64,000 nt of DNA, taken from NCBI GenBank assembly GCA_951406725.2, contig OX597822.1:111786001-111850000 (forward strand), in the 5' to 3' direction. The translations under genes were made by a program, and so were the position numbers. Below the pieces are notes generated by a model, which saw nothing but the letters and a program-made list of their open reading frames with translations, ran no database searches and was not told the origin of the DNA. The stretch is from Octopus vulgaris. Lineage: Eukaryota. Below, in pieces: positions 54,511 to 64,000 of this stretch (the stretch's first letter is position 1; the number at the start of each line of letters is the position of its first letter).

Positions 54511-54796
54511 GCAAATATATGGGAAACTACCACCTGTGTCATCTCTTGTGAAAGGTAGGAGAGTCCAGTTTTCTGGACATTGTTGTAGAGCTGAAAAGAG
54601 GTAATTTCTACTCTTCTCTCTGGAAGCCATCTACTCGCAATACCAGAGGGCGCACACTCTCCTACCCTGATGTAATCTCCAGGGATACAGGCATCCAGCA
54701 ACAGGAACTCCGTAATGCCATGATGGACCGTGAAGTCTGGCGTAGCATGGTAAATTCCATTGTCTCGACCACGGTCGAACAATGATGATGATGATG
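54511..54796 (+). mobile_element. RTE-type LINE 3' fragment
   Basis: Plus strand: IYGKLPPVS..RRVQFSGHCCR..YPDVISRDTG..AMMDREVWRSMV, then (TGA)n tail. Confidence 0.8.
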
Positions 54797-54799
54797 TCT

Positions 54800-56620
54800 G
54801 TAATAGTGGTGGTTATTGTGGTAGTGACAGGGATGAGGTTAAGCATAATAATTTAGCTTTGGTTGGGTATGAAGTTTGATTGCTTTTTATGTTGGTGTTG
54901 TTGGTGTGTTTTTGGTCCTTTTTCTTTTCTTTACCTTGGTGATCGTTTGGCATTTGAGCTTGTCACCGTCCTATTCATAACAAGATATATCTGAGTCGTC
55001 CAAGGCTCAGGGTGGTATGTTTTGGGGACATTTTGGAGTTTTGTTGAAGTAGCTCTTATTATTATCTTGGCGGTTTCTGGTGTTGTTGTTGGTGGTGGTG
55101 GTGGTGGTGGTGGTGGTGGTGGTGGTGGTGGTGGTAGTGGTGATGCTGCTGTTGCTGCTGCTGTGGATGCTGCAGTAACTATTGTTTCTACTATTTTCGC
55201 AGTTGTTAGTTTCTGTCCTGCAGCTGGCGAAATACCCATCTACCTCTAATGATGTTCATGCTGCTCTTTTTGTAGTTGTTGTTGTTGTGGTGGTGGTGGT
55301 AATGGTGGTGATGGTTTCGGCATTAGAGCTGGTTTCCTTTCTAGTGGGCAAAAGTCTTTGGGATGTGACATCTCGGCCTTCTGCCCTCAAGAGCCACATG
55401 AAGCTTTGTGCCAACTGCTAAGGTTATAAATCCCCATATCGCCTCACCACTTCTTGGTCACCCGTTTTTTAACAACAGCATGCCCTGTCCTGGTCAGTTC
55501 TACTTCTGTACTTTCTATATCTGCAAAATACTATTGGGTTGTCCGGAAAGTTCGTGCCGATTTTTAAAAGAAAGAAAAAGGTCAGTAAATACTTGCCATT
55601 ACATTTTTAATCAACCAAATACGAACCATTTTGTTGCAAAATGCATCTCCATCTTTCCTTTAACTTGAAAATACCCTCTTCCCAGAATTGAGGTGGTTTC
55701 GTGGCAAAGAATTCATCAAGGTATCTTTTTACGCCATCCAAGGAACTGTATTTTTTACCATTAAGACTATTCTGCGAAATCCTGAATAAGTGGAAATCCG
55801 AAGGAGCAATATCTGGTGAATATAGACGATGGGGTAACACATCCCAGCCGAGCTGCAGCAATTTATGTCTGGTTCCCAAATCACCAAGTGCCAAAAATGA
55901 ACTTTCTTATCTTCCATTTTAAAGGGTTACAGAATTAACACAGGTTATAGGAACATAAACCTTCTCTCAGGAAAAGATATCTTAATCTGTGCTCTAAATG
56001 GAGGTGTAGTGAAATCCTATTTTATGGACTCAACCATGTTCTAAATTAGGTCGAAATATCAGCTACTATAAATCGGCACGAACTTTCCGGGCAACTTAAT
56101 ACATTTTCTTATATACTTATATACCGAAGAGAACTGCTGTCACCAAGCAGCAGATGTTGATTCCTGGTTGTATATTTAACATTCTTACTTTGAATTACCT
56201 TCGACCTAAGTAAACTAGGTTGAGGGTGATTTATTCACTCGTTTGGGTGGTTGTTGTAGGCTTTTTGACCTCTTCATCTCAGGCGAATCTCACTTCAACA
56301 GTTCCATATTTCCTTTCCCTGGCCTTTGCTCAGAATGGTCGCAGTCATTATTTATATCTGCTTGTATGTTGCCTGCTCTATTTCCTGTTCTACCAGTTTT
56401 GTATAGAACTGTCCGCAAATTAGTTTCTCGATGGACAGATCAAGGACCATCCAGTGCCATATTTCGCCCATATTTCTCCAACATACATTTTGGACATTTG
56501 ACTTCATTTTCAGTTGTGAAAATTTCTTCAATTATTTGGTGCGCAGTGTCGGTGAAACTGCTACCAGTATATTCCAATGACTCCTTCCCCATGTTCTTGT
56601 ATTTTTTTTATTTTTTACGT
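54800..56620 (-). mobile_element. Possible degenerate LINE ORF1 region interrupted by the mariner MITE
   Basis: Low-complexity T/P/K-rich frames and a LHVALEGRRPRCH motif resembling the start of an ORF1 zinc knuckle; weak. Confidence 0.35.
55534..56099 (-). mobile_element. Internally deleted mariner (MITE-like)
   Basis: ~28-bp TIRs TTGGGTTGTCCGGAAAGTTCGTGCCGAT / ATCGGCACGAACTTTCCGGGCAACTTAA with TA flanks; C-terminal WDVLPHRLYSPDIAPSDFHLF. Confidence 0.92.
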
Positions 56621-56823
56621 TAATGATGTTGGTGATGGTGGCAGGATTCCTACTGCCCCTGGCTATGGTGGAGGAGGTGGTAATGTTCTCGCTAGTGTTG
56701 TTGTTGCTTTTCGTTGTAATAAATAATTGTAGTGGAATATATATAGATAGTACAATTTGTTGGTGTGGCTGCATGTATGATATTACAAGAGTTTATAGAA
56801 AGATGGAAGAATAAATTCAAGAT

Positions 56824-57055
56824 CTCTTTTACTCTTTTACTCTTTTACTTGTTTCAGTCATTTGAATGCGGCCATACTGGAGCACCGCCTTTAGTCGAGC
56901 AAATCGACCCCGGGACTTATTCTTTGTAAGCCCAGTACTTATTCTATCGGTCTCTATTGCCGAACCGCTAAGTGACGGGGACGTAAACACACCAGCATCG
57001 GTTGTCAAGTAATGCTAGGGGGACAAACACACACACATACACATCACACACACAC

Positions 57056-57108
<53 letters not shown>

Positions 57109-57274
57109 TACGACAGGCTTCTTTCAGTTTCCGTCTACCAAATCCACTCACAAGGCATTGGTCGGCCTGGGGCTATAGCAGAAGACACTTGCCCAAGATA
57201 CCACGCAGTGGGACTGAACCCAGAACCACGTGGTTGGTTAGCAAGCTACTTACCACACAGCCACTCCTGCGCCT
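56824..57274 (-). mobile_element. SINE family A
   Basis: Full-length family A copy. Confidence 0.92.
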
Positions 57275-58299
57275 ATATATTTACTACATAGAAATATATT
57301 TTATTTCGTTTATCGATGATAATGCAAGGAATCAAATTGTAGAAACTTGTTGAATAAAGTAATTTATGCAAGAAAGTTCAGTGATAGAAAATGTAGAATA
57401 ACAGTTAATTGGTGGTGTAGACAAATAGATGGACATAGAAACGACGTGGATGGGTCTAAGTCTAATCGACTAAGGAGCAAAAAGGTGGATTAGCAATCTG
57501 TTATAATCAACGGAACGCAAGGCATTCGAGAAACTCCCGAGAGAAACGCTTATCTTCTTGAATAATTAAGAATCACGTCTCATGACATTGATGCTTCTAG
57601 AATACTTAGAAAAGGAAGATTACTCTATGATCTTTCTTGCAAAGGAGATTATTCAACTATTTAGCTGCGTAAACAATTACAATGTCTTTTGTTTTGAAGG
57701 GGTTCTGAAATGTTTAGCAGCGGCAAGTTACTTCATACATTGCTGTGTTGTTGTGGCTGTTATTCTGGTTGATGTTGTTACTGATGCTGCTGCTGCAGTT
57801 TCGTTGGCTGTTCTTTTCTGGCTGTTCTTTTCTGTGGACGAGCAGTGCTGGTCTGCCATCTTTCTTATGTAAACGAAAATTGACGACGGGTGTGTATGTT
57901 ATGCGTAGCCCTTAAGGGCTACATATGAAGGACACCTAACCTGCTCCCTAAGGTCCAGTTTAGTTCATCTGAGCAACAATACGAAATGTACTATATATAT
58001 ATATATATAACACTATATATCAATATAAATAACAAACTTACTTGAGTCAACATCAAGAGTCTGTCAATAGACGAACAACAATAATAAAATAAGGATTCGG
58101 TACAGCACAATACAATGTCAAGGTAATATAAAAGGCGTGTAAATATTAAAAACAAAACACTCCCAATATAAAATTATAGCAATGAATAATTCCCCAAAAC
58201 ACTGAGATTTCCTAGATTTGCTCGTAGGGACAACACAATATCACAGGCAACCTGACATCTAGTGTAAGTGCCAACTGCACATCCTTCTACCTTTAGATG

Positions 58300-59110
58300 T
58301 ATGGTAAGTATAGAACCGTTCACTCAGACCATTTTTTGCAACATTCAACCACCTTTTAACATAATTGCTGGGAGGCAGAGCTTCTCTCTCTTCCATCACC
58401 CTCCTTTTCAAATGAAACTTAAGTAAGTTGACAAGGGTTTAATCTAAGAAGAACGTATCTGTCATCTGGCCTTTCAATCTGTTCTACAACACAACCTTTG
58501 TCACTAAGGCCTCCAGGAAAATAAACACTGCCTGCTCTTCCCGCCCAAAGGAAGGCAGCATGACAATTTTCATACTCGCGGCCATAGGAAGGGGGCATAG
58601 CGATCTTCATTATCCCGGCCAAAGAAAGATGACGTGACGATCTTCATAATCCCATAATCCCGGTCAAAGGAAATCAGCGTGGTGATTTTCATAATGTACA
58701 GAACCGATAACGGGGTCCGCCTTACACCTTGACAGGAGTTCAACGTAAATCCAAAGGTCAGCAATGATCGGGCACTGAACGAGAGCGCGCAGAATAGTTT
58801 CATCGCTCTGCGCTCATTTCGGCCAAGCCCAGCTGCCAGCACTTCTATGCCTGTAGATTTCATCCGAACCGGCACTGCTCCCCCACACCGGCAGCACTGC
58901 CAGGCCAAGGTTTACTGGACGTTATTCATAGACTCCAGTCCGAAAATCCTCCGGAACCGACCAGCCGGTCGATTCTTGTCGATGCCCAGAGTGGACGTTG
59001 CACTGTCCTGTCTCGGTTTACACTTGATCCAGGACTGCAGCTCTGTGAAACACGATCTGCGGAAGAACGTGTCTAGCAAACGTATTTTGTTGATCTTCAG
59101 ATAATATCTG
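58300..59110 (-). mobile_element. L1/Tx1-clade LINE ORF2 C-terminal fragment (degenerate)
   Basis: Minus strand with frameshifts: LAWQC..GAVPVR..QSDETILRALVQCP..LWIYVE (zf-RVT-like) and LKFHLKRRV..YVKRWLNVAK. Confidence 0.65.
58539..58695. repeat. ~37-bp diverged minisatellite x4 (consensus ~CCCGGCCAAAGGAAGGCAGCGTGACGATCTTCATAAT)
   Basis: Four imperfect tandem units visible. Confidence 0.7.
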
Positions 59111-60716
59111 TTTTCTCAGAAGTCAGAACATGAAACGTTGAAAGATGAAAGAAAAATAGCAAATAATAAATTAAGGTGCTTGGTTTATGCCCTTATGCCA
59201 AATTTTGTTAGACCCCAGTCACATGAAATATGATTTACTTGGTATATATTTACACTGATTTCTTTTTCCATCGTTATCTTCCTTAAAGGATAGTTCGGCA
59301 TTTGTATTTTCAATTACACAATGCAATTGTCTTGAAGGCTTAAAAAAGTTATGCAACGATATAACAATGCGTGTATCCGTTTGATATATAATGTTTGCAT
59401 TCGAAATTTGTGAACTAGCATGTTTTTTGAAATGTTATATTCTATGAAGAGTCTTTATCCAAAAGTCTGCATTCACATGCGTATCTTGGAGATATACAAA
59501 GAAGCATAATTTGATATGAATGTTGATGTTTTATTATTGTATTTCTAAATGACTAAGCAACATCAATATTCCCATGTTACATAATAGCATTTTTGATCAT
59601 TTGTTAGATCAAAGGAATGAAGTACACTTTTTGTAATAGTATACTTTCATCATTAGCAATATTCATTCTGACGCTACTTGAGACAAATGGAAATGACGTT
59701 TGAAATATGTGTGCTTTTCACTTTGTATATCTTTTACTATCTACCACTATGAAACCACTTTGATAATATTCCATGCAATTTTCTCACACACATCAACATA
59801 ATGTACAACTTTCAAGAAAGAAAATGAATTTTTTTCAGGGGTAATTGGAATGTAATGGGATATATTTTATAATACTATTGCAGAGTGCAGATTGTTCTTT
59901 TACGTTATGAATTTACAAATTTACACTTGTTTATACCACTGGGATGGAGAGGCATCACGTGCAATGAAGTGACCATCCTGAGTCTCAGGAAACAGAACAT
60001 TATTTTCAGTCCGTTCTCACGAAACAGGTCAGATGCAACTTACTTCAGTAAGAATGCTAACCAACAGCAGATTCCACACGACATTTGACTGAATGATTGA
60101 AGAAAATATTTCTGACGTTATCATTGGGACCCTGCACATTTCATCAGGCAAATCTACATATTTCATCAGATACCCCATTATCAATTTACTTTCCAGGACC
60201 AATTTCGATAAAAGTGTTTACCTTGATCTATTCAATGTTTCGATGTTGGCTAGTGATTAGTTATTAATGCCATAATGAATTGCAGCATTTTTAAGTAACT
60301 GTACTTCATAAACACCAGTCTCTTGCGCAAATGGGATATTACTATGTGTCAACCAAAATTATCCTTTCACAAGAAAGATCCCGATTAGTGAAATAACAGC
60401 AAGCAAGTCAGCCTGCGATAGCATGAGTGATTAAAATGTTTTATAGCGCAGCGAGTTCAGTCACACAGCAGCTACACGATTACACCCAACTATTGCTAAT
60501 GAATAATCTTTGACAATATGTTGGGTGAAAATTCCATTCTTAACAAGACTTGTGTATCTCCTGCCTGCTGTCTTATAATAAGCCGTCATGATTTTGTATT
60601 CGTTAAGTGCTTAAGCTGCCGGTAACCCGGCTTTGATGCATATCCTAGATGACATAGTAACAGTACCCTTCACTCAAAACTTTCTCGTATACATGTACAC
60701 ACAATAATACACATAG

Positions 60717-60756
<40 letters not shown>

Positions 60757-60758
<2 letters not shown>

Positions 60759-61083
60759 TCAGTGGTTAGAGCGTCGAGCTTACGATCGTGAGGTTGTGAG
60801 CTCGAATCCCGGACCGGGCTGCGTGTTGTGTTCTTGAGCAAAGCACTTTATTTCACGTTGCTCCAGTTCACTCAGCTGTAGAAATGAGTTGCGACGTCAC
60901 TGGTGCCAAGCTGTATCGACCTTTGTCTTTCCCTTGGATAACATTGGTGGCGTGGAGAGGGGAGGCTGGTATGCATGGGCGACTGCTGGTCTTCCATAAA
61001 CAACCTTGCCCGGACTTGTATCTAGGAGGGTAACTTTCTAGGTGCAATCCCATGGTCATTCATGACCGAAGGGGGTCTTTACC

Positions 61084-61087
<4 letters not shown>
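60757..61087 (+). mobile_element. tRNA-derived SINE family D
   Basis: A box GCTCAGTGGTTAGAGC, B box GAGCTCGAATCCC, conserved GTGTTCTTGAGCAA..CACTT block, CTTTACC tail; inserted in (TA)n. Confidence 0.85.
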
Positions 61088-61134
<47 letters not shown>

Positions 61135-61137
61135 ATA

Positions 61138-61184
<47 letters not shown>

Positions 61185-61275
61185 GAGAGTTTACGAAACA
61201 AACAACAAAAGACGAAGACAGGTGGTGTACAAAACAAACAGATGTATTAGTATAACGCTCAGGAATAGAAAAAGT

Positions 61276-61311
61276 CTTTTACGTTTCGAGGCTACGCTCT
61301 TCTACAGAAAG
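61276..61311 (-). ncRNA. Minimal hammerhead-like motif (CUGUAGA variant)
   Basis: Minus strand: CTTT-CTGTAGA-A-GAG cgtagc CTC-GAAAC-GTA-AAAG; in repeat 61181-61390 abutting (TA)n. Confidence 0.55.
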
Positions 61312-61474
61312 GGACACAGAAAAAAGCAAGGAGAGAAACAAGGAGAGAAGAAATAATGTGTGTAGTGGCTACCGATCTATCATGGCGACTGTGTGTGTGT
61401 GCATGTATGTATGTATGTATGTATATATGCTTGTATGTACATATAAAGCATATGTACACAAATATATAATCAGA

Positions 61475-61562
<88 letters not shown>

Positions 61563-62096
61563 CGTACATCAAAAACTGATTATCTTTTCGCAAAGCAATT
61601 TTCTCTTTTATGTTTTGTTTTGCATAAATCGTTAAGTGACGCTATTCGATGGTGCAATATTGTTTTAAATTGCAATCGACGATTAGCTTAATTAGAAAAT
61701 GCCATATATTTTGTACCTCAAACGTTTCTGATACACGTTTATCTAAGTTAAATCATATTTTAATATTACTTTGAGTCTCACGTGTTAGCAAACCTAACAT
61801 TGTAATTGAGCGTTTCAAAATAGAATAAAGCGACAGAAAAACCAAATAATGCCTCTACATTTGAAGGTAATCGATTAATCAGTGATTTTACAATACAAGC
61901 ATCAGGTGTGTGTGTGTCTATGTTATCGTCTTTGTATGATACTTGTATACGTTTGCGCGTCTTTATGTAATTTTATGAAACATTCTATTTCTATAAAGTA
62001 TCTTCGTTTTTGTGAGTGGGTTTGTTGTAAATTGATGTTGTTCGGTATAATGTTTATATATATATATCCATGTCCTTTAGATTTCTAATTGATGGA

Positions 62097-62480
62097 TGGA
62101 AGCACTCCGTCGGTTACGACGACGAGGGTTCCGGTTGATCCGAATCAACGGAACAGCCTGCTCGTGAAATTAACGTGAAAGTGGCTGAGCACTCCACAGA
62201 CACGTGTACCCTTAACGTAGTTCTCGGGGATATTCAGCGTGACACAGGGAGTGACAAGGCCGACCCTTTGAAATACACGTACAACAGAAACAGGAAGTAA
62301 GAGTGAGAGAAAGTTGTGGTGAAAGAGTACAGCAGGGATCACCACCATCCCCTGCCGGAGCCTCGTGGAGCTTTAGGTGTTTTCGCTCAATAAACACTCA
62401 CAACGCCCGGTCTGGGAATCGAAACCGCGATCCTATGACCGCGAGTCCGCTGCCCTAACCACTGGGCCATTGCGCCTCCA
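62097..62480 (-). mobile_element. SINE family B, full length
   Basis: Near-identical to 13236-13620; TSD AGATTTCTAA. Confidence 0.92.
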
Positions 62481-63144
62481 GATTTCTAACTAGTATGTTG
62501 TGTAATTTAAGTGGTTTTCATCAATATAGGGAGGGTGGTAATATCAAGTATTATAGTTTCTGAATAAAACTGTAACGTGCGCATAGGATGTCACGTCAGT
62601 AAGCTTTTGTTGCGCGTTAGAACAGTCAAGGTGTTTACCATGTTTTGGTAGAAGTAATTGTAGCAGTTGTGAGTGCTTATAATCTCAGACGTTCAGTGAT
62701 TTTCAGCCTGTGAATCTGCGTGTCTTTCAATGTTGTGTTTCTTTAGACTTCTATATAAATGTTGGGTGTGTGAAGTGTTTCACGTCGAGACAGCTTTCTA
62801 AAGTACGTGTTGAGAAACGTTCAATGAGAGATAAGCCGAGGATATTAGAGTATTTAACGTCGTCATTGTAACAAGGTGTGTAATGTGGTCATGATTGCTG
62901 CCTCTTCATTAGCTTTTCCTTGATATTTCCTCGCCCAGTTATTTAATTATTTCTGTCGTGCATGATGTCAGTCTATTGTTTTCGAAGTTTCTCCCTGGTT
63001 TTCAACTGCGAGTTATATCTTATGTCTAAATGGCGTTGTGTTGTATTTTATGCTTTGTTTGGTTGGATATATTTCAGAATTTGGGTTTACCAACTTCCTG
63101 GAATATGTCCTGAAGTGTCGATTATGCTATATTGAATTCTGAAA

Positions 63145-63375
63145 GGCGTCGAACTGGCAGAAACGTTAGCACGCCGGGCGAAATGCATAGCCGTATTTCG
63201 TCTGTCATTACGTTCCGGGTTCGAATTCCGCCGAGGTCGACTTCGCCTTTCATCCTTTCGGGGTCGATAAATTAAGTACCAGTTACGCACTGGGGTCGAT
63301 GTAATCGACTTAATCCCTTTGTCTGTCCTTGTTTGTCCCCTCTGTGTTTAGCCCCTTATGGGTAGTAAAGAAATA
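63145..63375 (+). mobile_element. SINE family C
   Basis: B box GGGTTCGAATTCC; ~17-bp TSD TATATTGAATTCTGAAA. Confidence 0.92.
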
Positions 63376-63602
63376 TATATTGAATTCTGAAAAAAAAAAA
63401 AAAACCCCAATACTTTCGCTTGCTTGAATTGGTTAACAGCTCTGCAATCTTTTTCAAATTTCGTTACATATTTTCATCTGGAAAGTGTGTATGGGTGTTC
63501 TCAATTATAATAATTGCAAGGGGAAATGATTGGTTGCTCACCAAGACATATGTCCTCTATGTATTCGTAGAGTAGCAGAGTTCTGGACTACTTTAGTGGG
63601 TA

Positions 63603-63997
63603 CTAGCAGTATCGCCCGGCGTTGCTCGGGTTTGTAAGGGAAATAACTATATAAGCATTTTTAGAGATGTAAAGTATAATAACCATCTCAGTATGGTTAA
63701 CCACAAAGGGGGCGGTGTTACTGTAGCTTTTTACGTTCTGAGATTTAATAATAAACTTTTAGAGAGTTACTTCCCTTATATATGCCAAAAATGCATTAAA
63801 ATGGGAAAAATTGATGGTAAATATTTTTTAAATCGTAGACTCATCGTAGACGCGCGCTAATACCCAGAAGGGCTCGATATGAATCACGACTATAAGATAC
63901 CCGGTTTTGGTTAAACTGCACCGCAAAATGTGGGAGTAGTTAGGAATCTAAATCGTAGGAGACAGACAGCACACAACCTCACTTTTATATATAAAGA
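63603..63997 (-). mobile_element. Non-autonomous Helitron (copy of 39575-39976)
   Basis: Reverse-complement match along its whole length; TC/CTAG ends. Confidence 0.88.
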
Positions 63998-64000
63998 TTT

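Noticed and set aside
57905-57922. Perfect palindrome GTAGCCCTTAAGGGCTAC
   Set aside because: Isolated 18-bp palindrome with no element ends or second copy to interpret it
60757-60825. tRNA-like sequence
   Set aside because: Head of a SINE: 5' acceptor strand missing and it continues into SINE body and tail; the same applies to family B and C heads

Overview
AT-rich, repeat-saturated eukaryotic DNA; the SINE families and dense (TA)n/(CA)n/(CATA)n microsatellites point to an octopus (coleoid cephalopod) genome. No intact host protein-coding gene is recognisable: nearly all listed ORFs are microsatellite or transposon read-through. The window holds four tRNA-derived SINE families, degenerate mariner and Tc1/maT transposons, LINE fragments (CR1-like, RTE, L1/Tx1, R4/Dong-like), non-autonomous Helitrons and a solo LTR. 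The most striking signal is non-coding: about 11 complete minimal type-I hammerhead-ribozyme motifs (C[U/C]GAnGA-stem II-GAAAC-short stem III-NUH, some with core substitutions), plus partial or degenerate ones, in at least seven otherwise unrelated short repeat families. Most sit in or beside (TA)n tracts, and several form long hairpins or 363-nt tandem monomers. This is the architecture expected of Penelope-like-element terminal repeats or non-LTR retrozymes. All folds were derived by eye and coordinates may be off by a few bases.
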